Origin: Candidatus Shapirobacteria bacterium
Lineage (GTDB): Bacteria > Patescibacteriota > Microgenomatia > UBA12405 > BS750m-G30
Reading direction: 5' to 3'
Length of the DNA stretch: 64,000 bases
Assembly: GCA_043817235.1 (NCBI GenBank)
Contig: JBDRHA010000006.1
Location: 78,401 to 142,400, forward strand
Shown: one piece after another, positions 56,223 through 64,000 of the stretch
Position numbering within the stretch: the stretch's first letter is position 1
Layout of the letters: each line of letters opens with the position of its first letter
Notes under the pieces: model-generated
Seen by the model: the letters and a program-made list of their open reading frames with translations, nothing else
Told to the model about the DNA's origin: nothing
The model's database searches: none
Program-made: the position numbers and the translations under genes

Positions 56223-57739
56223 CCGATCTTTTTTGGCAAAAATACCGCCCGGCAAAGATTGCTCAGCTGGATCTAGATTCGGCCCGAAAAAGTTTAAGCC
56301 AAATACTAAGCCGGAAAAACTTACCTCATGCTTTTTTGTTTTCCGGCCCTAAGGGTACAGGGAAAACTTCAGCTGCTCGGGTATTGGCTAAGTCTTTAAA
56401 TTGTTTGAAAAGTAAAAAAGGCGAGCCCTGCGGCCAGTGTGCTATATGCCTGGAAATTAATCGTGGGGAAAGCTTGGATGTTTTAGAGATTGATGCGGCT
56501 TCCAATAGAGGAATAGACGATATTCGGCTTCTTAAAGAAAAAATTAATCTTCAGCCCCTAAGGGCGAAAAATAAAGTATATATTGTAGACGAGGTGCATA
56601 TGTTGACTACCGAAGCCTTTAATGCTGTTTTAAAAACCCTGGAAGAGCCGCCGGAGCATGTTTATTTTGTTTTTTGCACGACTAATCCGGAAAAAATTCC
56701 CCAAACCGTTCTTTCCCGGTTAACAAATATCAGCTTTCAAAGGGCTAGCTTGGAGGAGATTATCAGTTCTTTAAAAAGGGTCATCTCGGGGGAGAAGCTA
56801 AAGGTGGAAAAAGGAGCTTTAGAGCTTATTGCTTCGTCAGCTGACGGCAGCTTTCGTGATGCCCATAAGATTTTGCAGCAGTTATTTTTAGAAAATAAAA
56901 ATAAGGTGAGTTTAAAAGCGGCTCAAAAACTTCTGGCTGGCTGGCAGGAGGCTACTCCTGAATATCTGCTTAAGCTAATTGGCCAAAAGAAAATTAAATC
57001 ATCAATTATTCTTTTTGAAAAGTTAAGTCAAAAAGGCATTGATGTTCAGGATTATGGCAAAAAAATTCTCCAAATTCTTCAAAGCCTGCTTATGCTGAAA
57101 GTGGGAGCAAAAAAAGGGGAAGATTGTTTGCTGTCCTTGGCTGAATTATTTTCCTTGTCTGAAATTGTCCGACTGAGTGAAATTTTTGGCCAGGCAGCTA
57201 TTCGGGCGAAAAATTTGTCTTTGCCTTGGCTTTCTTTTCAGCTGGCAGTGATAGACTTTCTTCCAAGAAAAACTGATAGATTAGGGCCTGATGATCAAAA
57301 AGAGCCGGTAAAAAAAGAAATAAAAAAGACTGAGCCGTTAAAAGATGAGCAAAAGATAAATAAAAAGACCAGCTTGGGGCTAGAAGCTTTTAAAGAAAAT
57401 TGGGCTAAGTTTTTGGAAATGGTCAAGCCCTTAAATCATTCGGTTTGTGCTCTTCTGCGCTCGGCTCGGCCCAAAAAAATAGATGAAAACTATCTTACTT
57501 TGGAAGTTTTTTACCAGTTTCACAAAGACCAACTAGAACAAGAACGCAATCGGCGTATTGTGGAAGAAGCTGTGGCTAAACTTTTCCAAACCTCATTAAA
57601 GCTGAAATGCGAGCTGGGCCAAAGATCGACTGGGTCAAGCTCTTTGCCCGCTTCTCAAGCGCCAAAAATGAATGATGACAGTGGGAATAATAACGGAGAA
57701 GATCTTTATAAAATGGCTAAAGATATTTTTGGCGAATAG
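56219..57739 (+). CDS. dnaX: DNA polymerase III subunit gamma/tau
   Basis: Walker A 'GPKGTGKTS', zinc module 'CLKSKKGEPCGQCAIC', SRC/'DEVHML' box. Confidence 0.9.
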   Translation: MTDLFWQKYRPAKIAQLDLDSARKSLSQILSRKNLPHAFLFSGPKGTGKTSAARVLAKSLNCLKSKKGEPCGQCAICLEINRGESLDVLEIDAASNRGIDDIRLLKEKINLQPLRAKNKVYIVDEVHMLTTEAFNAVLKTLEEPPEHVYFVFCTTNPEKIPQTVLSRLTNISFQRASLEEIISSLKRVISGEKLKVEKGALELIASSADGSFRDAHKILQQLFLENKNKVSLKAAQKLLAGWQEATPEYLLKLIGQKKIKSSIILFEKLSQKGIDVQDYGKKILQILQSLLMLKVGAKKGEDCLLSLAELFSLSEIVRLSEIFGQAAIRAKNLSLPWLSFQLAVIDFLPRKTDRLGPDDQKEPVKKEIKKTEPLKDEQKINKKTSLGLEAFKENWAKFLEMVKPLNHSVCALLRSARPKKIDENYLTLEVFYQFHKDQLEQERNRRIVEEAVAKLFQTSLKLKCELGQRSTGSSSLPASQAPKMNDDSGNNNGEDLYKMAKDIFGE

Positions 57740-57745
57740 GTTCAG

Positions 57746-57770
57746 TGTCATTGCGGGATCGCAATGACAC
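57746..57770. repeat. Minimal hairpin copy of the dispersed repeat ('gtcattgcgggatcgcaatgacac')
   Basis: Perfect 'gtcattgcg..cgcaatgac' inverted repeat right after the dnaX stop. Confidence 0.65.
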
Positions 57771-57824
57771 TAATAACGAACTCGTAAAGATAGAAGTTAA
57801 TATTTTGTTAAAGAAGGAGGAAGG

Positions 57825-58094
57825 ATGTTTGATAAAGTTAAACAGGTAGGCAAGATGGCCCAGTTAAGATCATCGGCCAAAAAGATGCAAAAAAAATTAA
57901 GCAAGGAGAAAATTTCTCTAGAAAAGGGAAAAATAAAAGTAGTGGTTCGGGCTAACCAAGAAGTGGAAGAAATTATTATTGACGGCCAAGATCAGCTCCT
58001 GCTGGTTAAGATTTTGAATGAGGCAATAGAAAAATCCCAAAAAGTAGCCGCTAAAAAAATGAGAGGTCTTGCTTCTGAGATGTTTAATATTTAA
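57825..58094 (+). CDS. ybaB: Nucleoid-associated protein YbaB/EbfC
   Basis: Size, and the conserved dnaX-ybaB-recR order. Confidence 0.8.
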   Translation: MFDKVKQVGKMAQLRSSAKKMQKKLSKEKISLEKGKIKVVVRANQEVEEIIIDGQDQLLLVKILNEAIEKSQKVAAKKMRGLASEMFNI

Positions 58095-58115
58095 GCGGAC
58101 TTTAACAAGAGACAT

Positions 58116-58721
58116 ATGGAAAAATTACCGACGGCTTTAGCCCAGCTTATTAGAATTTTGGAAAAGTTGCCGGGTGTTGGTCCAAAATCAGCCTCCCGTC
58201 TTGCTTTTTATTTATTCCAAACGCCTTCTTATTTTGTGGAGGAATTTATAAAAAGATTAAAAGAATTAAAAGAAAAACTTAAAGTATGCTCGGTTTGCCA
58301 TAATATTGACGAAACAAACCCTTGCCAAATATGCTCTCGGAGCTATCGTGACCAGGGTGTGGTTTGTGTAGTAGAAAGGCCCTTGGACATTCTGGCCATT
58401 GAGGCCACTAAAAGCTATCAGGGTCTTTATCATGTTTTGGGCGGGGTAATTAATCCCTTAATTCACGTTGGCCCGGATGACCTAACAATTGGTTCTTTGG
58501 CTAAAAGAGTAGAAGAAGGACAGGTAAAAGAAGTGGTTTTGGCAACTAATCCGACAATGGAGGGCGAAGCGACAGCCTTGCATATTAAAAAAAGATTAGA
58601 GAAAATAGGAAGAGCGTTAAAAATTACTCGGATTGGCCATGGCTTGCCAATGGGTGCTGATTTAGACTATGCTGACCCTGGCACCCTCAAGGAGGCCTTA
58701 AAGGGCCGCCAGGTTTTTTAA
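58116..58721 (+). CDS. recR: Recombination protein RecR
   Basis: HhH 'LPGVGPKSASRLAF', C4 zinc finger 'CSVCHNI...CQIC', Toprim domain. Confidence 0.9.
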   Translation: MEKLPTALAQLIRILEKLPGVGPKSASRLAFYLFQTPSYFVEEFIKRLKELKEKLKVCSVCHNIDETNPCQICSRSYRDQGVVCVVERPLDILAIEATKSYQGLYHVLGGVINPLIHVGPDDLTIGSLAKRVEEGQVKEVVLATNPTMEGEATALHIKKRLEKIGRALKITRIGHGLPMGADLDYADPGTLKEALKGRQVF

Positions 58722-58738
58722 AATATTAAGGAGGAACA

Positions 58739-59179
58739 ATGCAAAAAACAATAAAGAATGTTGCCGGCCAGCTGGAAAGTTTAGTGATGGAGAGTACGGC
58801 CAAAGCGGCAACCGAGCCTTTAGGCATTGATAAGCTCGGGGGTAGCGGCACTGGTCCAGCTGCCAAAAAAGCAGATCCTAATCTGGTTCAGATGGTTAAA
58901 AATGATCAGGCCAGAAGCCAAAGTGAAATTAACCAGCTAAGGGGGGAGCTGACTGGCCGCAATGTTGAAAAAGAAATTAAAGAGGTGAGAGAAAAAAAAG
59001 AACAACTTTTGGATGAAAAAGAAAAGCAGTTGTTGGCAGATATGCAAAAAGAAAGAGAAAGGGAGGAAGAGCTAGCTTTGCAGGACATTCCGGAAACTAG
59101 TTCTCGGCCGAAAATGGGGAGTGCTTTGGCAAAGGGTAGCAAAGGAACAAAAGAGGTTGATATGCGCCGCTCCGTATAA
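58739..59179 (+). CDS. Hypothetical coiled-coil protein
   Basis: 146-aa ORF rich in E/K/Q. Confidence 0.4.
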   Translation: MQKTIKNVAGQLESLVMESTAKAATEPLGIDKLGGSGTGPAAKKADPNLVQMVKNDQARSQSEINQLRGELTGRNVEKEIKEVREKKEQLLDEKEKQLLADMQKEREREEELALQDIPETSSRPKMGSALAKGSKGTKEVDMRRSV

Positions 59180-59184
59180 AAGAA

Positions 59185-60603
59185 TTGATGAAAATTAGAC
59201 TATACAATACGTTAAAAAGAAAAAAGGAGGTTTTTGTTCCGCTAAGGGCGGGAAAAGTTGGTATTTACTCTTGCGGACCAACAGTCTACTGGAATCAGCA
59301 TATAGGCCATTTGTATGCCTATATTCACTGGGATGTTTTAATAAGGCTTTTTCGGTATTTAAATTACCAAGTTAAGTGGGTAATGAATATTACCGATGTT
59401 GGCCATTTAACTTCTGATGAGGATGCGGGCGAAGACAAGATGGAAAAAGGGGCTAAAAGAGAGGGCCTAAGCGTTTGGGAAATTGCCGATAAATATTTAA
59501 AGCAGTTTTTGGAAAGTATTGATTTGGTAAATATTAGCAAGCCTGATTATCTTCCTCGGGCGACAAAACATATTAAAGAGCAAATTGAGCTTATTAAGCG
59601 CATGGAAAAGCGAGGATTCGTATATCGGACGAAAATAGGGCTGGCGCTTGATACGCAGAAATTTCCTAAATACGCAGATTTTGCCAAGCTAGACCTAACA
59701 AAACAGAAAGCTGGGGCCAGGAGCGAGATTGACCCCGAAAAAAAGGCTCCCTGGGATCCTTTTTTATGGGTGACGGGGAGAAGTTCGCACATTATGCAAT
59801 GGGATAGTCCTTGGGGAAAGGGTTTTCCTGGCTGGCACATAGAGTGCACGGCCATGTCTACTAAATATTTGGGCGAACATTTCGATATTCATACCGGAGG
59901 GATGGAGCATATTTGTGTTCATCATACTAATGAGATCGCTCAAGGCTTTGCCGCTTTTGGCGGGAAAACGGCTAATTACTGGCTTCATAACGGCTGGCTC
60001 AGATTAAAAAAAGAAAAGATGAGTAAGAGCTTGGGAAATTTTATCTTAATTGACGATGTGGTGAAAAGGGACTTTGATCCTCTTGCTTTTCGCTATTTGG
60101 TTTTGACTTCTCATTATCGCCAAGGATTGATCTTTGACTGGGAAGCGCTAAAAAGCGCCCAAAGTGCCTATAATAAATTGGCTTGGGAAATTAAAGGGGC
60201 CAAAAAGAAAAAAGCTTTAAGTGAAGAGGCGGCGGAATATAAAAATAGATTTCTTTCTTTTTTGGCTAATGACCTTGGGGCGCCTCAAGCATTGGGTTCC
60301 CTTTGGAAGATGCTTAAGGATAATAAGCTTGCCGATCAAGAGAAAAAGTCTTTACTCTTGGACTTTGATCAGATACTTGGCCTAGGCCTTAAAAAGGGAG
60401 CTAAAGAAAAAAGAGCCAGAAAAACACCTAAAGATATTGAAAAATTGGCCCAACAAAGAGCTGAGCTAAGAGAAAGAGGCGATTTTAAAAAGGCTGATGT
60501 TTTAAGGAAAAAGATTAAAAAGAAGGGTTATTTGGTTGAGGATCATTCTAAAGGAGGTTATCGGCTCTTGCCAGTCTTAAGAGTTGACGCAAGATCAGCT
60601 TAA
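59185..60603 (+). CDS. cysS: Cysteinyl-tRNA synthetase
   Basis: Class I HIGH 'HIGH' and 'KMSKSLGN' motifs. 'CGPTVY'. Confidence 0.9.
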   Translation: MMKIRLYNTLKRKKEVFVPLRAGKVGIYSCGPTVYWNQHIGHLYAYIHWDVLIRLFRYLNYQVKWVMNITDVGHLTSDEDAGEDKMEKGAKREGLSVWEIADKYLKQFLESIDLVNISKPDYLPRATKHIKEQIELIKRMEKRGFVYRTKIGLALDTQKFPKYADFAKLDLTKQKAGARSEIDPEKKAPWDPFLWVTGRSSHIMQWDSPWGKGFPGWHIECTAMSTKYLGEHFDIHTGGMEHICVHHTNEIAQGFAAFGGKTANYWLHNGWLRLKKEKMSKSLGNFILIDDVVKRDFDPLAFRYLVLTSHYRQGLIFDWEALKSAQSAYNKLAWEIKGAKKKKALSEEAAEYKNRFLSFLANDLGAPQALGSLWKMLKDNKLADQEKKSLLLDFDQILGLGLKKGAKEKRARKTPKDIEKLAQQRAELRERGDFKKADVLRKKIKKKGYLVEDHSKGGYRLLPVLRVDARSA

Positions 60604-60611
60604 GGCTATAA

Positions 60612-60959
60612 TTGCTCTTGATAATAATGACGACAGAAAAGAGAGGCGAGTATGAGCTTGTTCTTGTTTTTCCTGCGGAATTAACGAAAGCTAAGCTAAC
60701 CTCATTAAAAAAACAAATTAAGGAGGTTGTTAAAGAAGCAGGGGGAGAAATTGGCAAGATTGCTGATTGGGGATTAAAACCTTTAGCTTACCCTCTTAAA
60801 AAGAAATTAGAAGCGAATTTCTTTATTTACCAGATAAATTTTTCTCAAGCGCCTGTTTTGGCTAAGATTAATATTTTTTTGAATCGCAATAGTCAAATAT
60901 TACGTTATTTATGGATTAAGCAAAACTGCTTTAAAACTGAAAGGAGAAAAAATGGCTAA
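60612..60959 (+). CDS. rpsF: 30S ribosomal protein S6
   Basis: 'YELVLVF' N-terminus. First gene of the rpsF-ssb-rpsR arrangement. Confidence 0.8.
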   Translation: MLLIIMTTEKRGEYELVLVFPAELTKAKLTSLKKQIKEVVKEAGGEIGKIADWGLKPLAYPLKKKLEANFFIYQINFSQAPVLAKINIFLNRNSQILRYLWIKQNCFKTERRKNG

Positions 60960-61431
60960 CCGCTGTCTTAACAAGGTTATGTTAATAGGTAATTTAACTC
61001 GCGATCCGGAATTGCGTTATACTCCAAGCGGGGTGGCGGTTTGCAGCTTTGGCTTAGCCACTAATCGCAGCTGGACAACTCAGTCCGGAGAGCAAAGGGA
61101 CGATGCCCAGTTTCATCAAATAGTAGCTTGGAATAAATTAGCCGAACTTTGCTCTCAGCTATTGGCCAAAGGGAGGAGAGTATATGTAGAAGGAAGGCTT
61201 CAGCACCGGGAATGGACAGGAAAAGACGGCGGCAAAAGAAAAGATGCTGAGGTAATAATTAGCGATATGATTATTCTTGATTCCCGCCAAGCAGCTGCTG
61301 ATACTTCTTTGGAGGAGGAGCTGGAAAAGGCAGCGGGTTTTGGTGACGAGTCAGGAGAAACTGCTCAAGAAGAGCAAGCTTCGCTAAAACCCAAAAAAGA
61401 AAAACCCAAAGAGGAAGAACAGCCTTTTTAA
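60952..61431 (+). CDS. ssb: Single-stranded DNA-binding protein
   Basis: OB fold 'LNKVMLIGNLTRDPELRYTPSG', acidic C-terminal tail '...EEQPF'. Confidence 0.85.
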   Translation: MANRCLNKVMLIGNLTRDPELRYTPSGVAVCSFGLATNRSWTTQSGEQRDDAQFHQIVAWNKLAELCSQLLAKGRRVYVEGRLQHREWTGKDGGKRKDAEVIISDMIILDSRQAAADTSLEEELEKAAGFGDESGETAQEEQASLKPKKEKPKEEEQPF

Positions 61432-61440
61432 TCACTGAAA

Positions 61441-61680
61441 ATGAAAAAAGTAAAAAGAAAGAAACCAAGGATCTTAAGAAACCTGGCTTGTGATTTTTGC
61501 GAGGGCAGTAAAGAACCCTCCTATAAAGACTATCTTGATCTTAAAAAATATTTAAATATTCGTGGAGGAATTTTAAGCCGGAATAAAACCGGTATTTGCG
61601 CTAAACATCAGCGGCAAACCACGCAGTCGATCAAAAGAGCGCGCCATTTGTCCCTACTGCCTTTTGTTACTTCGGCCTAA
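61441..61680 (+). CDS. rpsR: 30S ribosomal protein S18
   Basis: 'CDFCEG...DYLDLKKYLNIRGGILSRNKTGICAKHQRQ'. Confidence 0.8.
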   Translation: MKKVKRKKPRILRNLACDFCEGSKEPSYKDYLDLKKYLNIRGGILSRNKTGICAKHQRQTTQSIKRARHLSLLPFVTSA

Positions 61681-62463
61681 ATGAAAAAAGAAAAAAAATT
61701 GGTTTCCGTTTGGGTGGTAGAAGTGGGGCTGGAGGCCAAGATAGTGGTAAAAAAGGGTAAAAGGGTCAAAGCTGGAGAAGTGCTAGCTCTGCGCGAAAAA
61801 AACAAGGTAGAAAAAATATTTTTTCCTAATTGGTTGAAAAGGGCAAGCGGGGCTTGGGAAAAAGGTCGGAAAAAATTAGCCGGAGACAAGTTATCTTTAG
61901 GAGAAATTTTATTTGAGTCCAGAAAGTTTACTCGTAAACTCCAGTGGCATTCCCCGCTGGCGGGAGAAATCATAAGAATAGACAAAGACAAGGGTTTTTT
62001 AGAGATATTAGTCGGTAAAGAAAAAGAAGAGCTTGCGGCTCCTTTGTCGGGAACTATTACTAAAGCTTCCGGAGGTGAGATTGCCATTAGTTTCCCGGCT
62101 CAAGAATTTAAGGGCCAAGGGCTGGGAAGCGGAGTGGGCTGGGGGAAATTAACCTATTTGCCCGTAGTCTCCTTGCCTGATCTTAATATAAAGCACCAGG
62201 GACAGGTTCTTTTGGTCGAAGAGATTTCGTCTTCTTTGGTAGAAAAAGGGGCGGCTTTGGGAGTGTCGGCTTTTATTGCTTTTAGTAAAGAATTGGACTT
62301 GGAGGATTCGTCTTTGCCTGTCTTGACTTTAGAAGTCAAAAGCGGTAAAAAGAGTTCTAACTTAAAAATAGAATTATTAGCGGGCCAATTTTGTTTTGTG
62401 GATCCTGCCCATAATCAAGTTTTGGTTTGTTTGCAGAAAAATGAAAAAAAAGCCAATAATTAG
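61681..62463 (+). CDS. Hypothetical protein
   Basis: 260-aa ORF. No motif recognised. Confidence 0.4.
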   Translation: MKKEKKLVSVWVVEVGLEAKIVVKKGKRVKAGEVLALREKNKVEKIFFPNWLKRASGAWEKGRKKLAGDKLSLGEILFESRKFTRKLQWHSPLAGEIIRIDKDKGFLEILVGKEKEELAAPLSGTITKASGGEIAISFPAQEFKGQGLGSGVGWGKLTYLPVVSLPDLNIKHQGQVLLVEEISSSLVEKGAALGVSAFIAFSKELDLEDSSLPVLTLEVKSGKKSSNLKIELLAGQFCFVDPAHNQVLVCLQKNEKKANN

Positions 62464-63676
62464 GTTTAGTCAGATTAAGAATGTAGTTTTAATCATCTTT
62501 TTAGTAGTCTTGAGTGGAGCGATAGGCTTCCGTGTTGGGGTTCAGAGGTCTTTGCCTCTTATCCCTAGAGCTTCCGCCCAGACGGATCTTTCTCTTTTTT
62601 GGGGCGTATGGCAAAAACTTGAAGAAAGATATTTGGATAGCTCCGTTTTGGATTCAGAGCAAATGATTTATGGAGCGATTAAGGGTATGGTTGAATCTCT
62701 TGGTGACCCCTACACCGCTTACTTTTCGCCTCAAGACAATAAAGTTAATAAGGAAGACTTGAATGGGGAATTTGGGGGAGTGGGAATACAACTGGGGTAT
62801 AAAGATAGTGTTTTAGCTGTTGTTTCGCCTTTGGAAAATACGCCCGCTTCTCGGGCTGGAGTTAAGGCTGGTGATTTGATCTTAAAGATTATAGACGAAT
62901 CTAATAATATAGATAAAGACACCGAAGGAATTTCTCTTCCAGAAGCCGTAAAATTAATAAGAGGAAAAGAGGGAAGCTCGGTTGTTTTGACTTTGCTTCG
63001 GGATGAGCAATCTCCTTTTGAGGTGAGCTTGGTAAGAGACCGAATTGTTGTTCCTAGTTTAACCAGCGAGTGGATTGAACAAGGGGGTAAAAAAATTGCC
63101 TATATTCATCTGCTCCAGTTTTCTGAAGTAATGTACGCTCAGTGGGAAGATTGGGTTAATGAAGTTTTGGCTCAAAGCAACTCTTCTGATTTTGAAGGAG
63201 TGATCTTAGATTTACGCAATAACCCCGGAGGTTTTTTGGAAGCTTCGGTATATATTGCCAGCGAGTTTCTTTCTTCTGGGGTGATTGTTGAACAAAAAGG
63301 GGCCGATGAATATAATCAGGTTTATCGAGTTGGCCGGCAAGGTAATCTTTTAGATACGCCCCTGGTAGTTTTGGTTAACCGTGGTTCGGCTTCGGCCTCG
63401 GAAATTTTGGCCGGAGCCTTGAAATATTATAAGCGAGGGAAAGTTATCGGTCAGCAAACTTTTGGCAAGGGAACAGTTCAAGAGCCGGACGAATTTCCGG
63501 ACGGATCGGGTTTACACGTGACTATTGCTCGTTGGCTGCTTCCCAGCGGAGATAACATTCACAAACAAGGCATTGAACCGGATATTAAGGTTGAAGCAGG
63601 AGAAAATTCCAGTGAGGACGAGGATGAAATATTACAAAAGGGAATAGAAGTATTATTAAGTAAAGACAGTCAGTAA
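62441..63676 (+). CDS. ctpA: Carboxyl-terminal processing protease (S41) with a PDZ domain
   Basis: PDZ 'GVKAGDLILKI', catalytic 'VLVNRGSASASEILAGAL' Ser/Lys region. Start is taken at the internal Met preceding the TM helix. Confidence 0.8.
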   Translation: MKKKPIIRFSQIKNVVLIIFLVVLSGAIGFRVGVQRSLPLIPRASAQTDLSLFWGVWQKLEERYLDSSVLDSEQMIYGAIKGMVESLGDPYTAYFSPQDNKVNKEDLNGEFGGVGIQLGYKDSVLAVVSPLENTPASRAGVKAGDLILKIIDESNNIDKDTEGISLPEAVKLIRGKEGSSVVLTLLRDEQSPFEVSLVRDRIVVPSLTSEWIEQGGKKIAYIHLLQFSEVMYAQWEDWVNEVLAQSNSSDFEGVILDLRNNPGGFLEASVYIASEFLSSGVIVEQKGADEYNQVYRVGRQGNLLDTPLVVLVNRGSASASEILAGALKYYKRGKVIGQQTFGKGTVQEPDEFPDGSGLHVTIARWLLPSGDNIHKQGIEPDIKVEAGENSSEDEDEILQKGIEVLLSKDSQ

Positions 63677-63677
63677 A

Positions 63678-64000
63678 ATGAGAGATAAAATAAGATATTT
63701 AGCCGTTGGCACGGCTTTTGGGTTCTTTTTAATGGGAGCTTTTTTGGGTGGGGCCGTTGCCGACCGCTTGGTGGGAATTAGTTTACTTGACCATCTGCTT
63801 AGTGCTGATTTAAACAGCGGGGCATTAACAGCCAGCCGGACAATTATTGATGAGGAATCGGTGGTTACTCGGGCAGTGGAGCAAGCTGCACCTTCAGTAA
63901 TTACGGTGAGCATTAGCAAAACTACTTTGACAAATCCTGATTTTTCCGATCTTTTCTCTTTTGGTCCTTTTGGGCTTTTTAATATTCAGCCGGAAGAGCA
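63678..64000 (+). CDS. HtrA/DegP-like serine protease, N-terminal part (runs off the window)
   Basis: N-terminal TM followed by '...IDEESVVTRAVEQAAPSVITVS', typical of the region preceding the trypsin domain of HtrA. Confidence 0.4.
   Translation, partial: MRDKIRYLAVGTAFGFFLMGAFLGGAVADRLVGISLLDHLLSADLNSGALTASRTIIDEESVVTRAVEQAAPSVITVSISKTTLTNPDFSDLFSFGPFGLFNIQPEE

Noticed and set aside
56190-56225. Possible TGA-as-Gly recoding (genetic code 25) to explain short or truncated ORFs
   Set aside because: TGA terminates many well-defined genes here (copA, mreD/mrdA overlap, Phd antitoxin, and others). Read-through would fuse unrelated genes, so the standard code 11 applies.

Overview
Gene-dense bacterial chromosomal segment, mostly about 38-40% GC, carrying short overlapping housekeeping genes (rpsB-tsf, frr, rpsF-ssb-rpsR, dnaX-ybaB-recR, mreBCD-mrdA, iscR-iscS-iscU, copA, topA, proS, cysS, dprA, def/fmt). 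The short EF-Ts, TRAM-less MiaB, minimal operons and abundant small GIY-YIG genes next to tRNAs suggest a reduced Candidate Phyla Radiation/Patescibacteria-type genome. That placement is inference from gene content only. I call about 80 CDS, 4 tRNAs on the minus strand, and no rRNA or CRISPR. The genetic code looks standard: TGA is used as a stop throughout.

Things that stand out:
- A contiguous six-gene cluster (47.5-55.3 kb) of secreted or anchored proteins built from cohesin-like and dockerin-like modules, FN3 domains and a repeated Cys-rich module. Two of the proteins share a conserved 'QETRRGAA' motif just after their N-terminal anchor.
- A 2.4-kb GC-rich (about 55-60%) island at 37.9-40.3 kb. 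It holds a junction-truncated HExxH metalloprotease, a membrane protein and a primase-type CHC2 zinc-finger remnant, and sits next to a Phd/YefM-RelE/ParE toxin-antitoxin pair.
- A GC-rich cassette of three small membrane-protein genes, each with a strong Shine-Dalgarno sequence, bracketed by about 55-bp direct repeats.
- A GC-rich, about 355-nt intergenic candidate structured RNA, with a sigma70-like promoter upstream and a helix plus U-tract at its 3' end.
- A dispersed family of hairpin-rich 'GTCATTGCGAG...CGCAATGAC' repeats confined to intergenic 3' regions.
- An exact 26-bp palindrome present twice.
- Apparent single-base frameshifts in mrdA (poly-T tract) and tmk.
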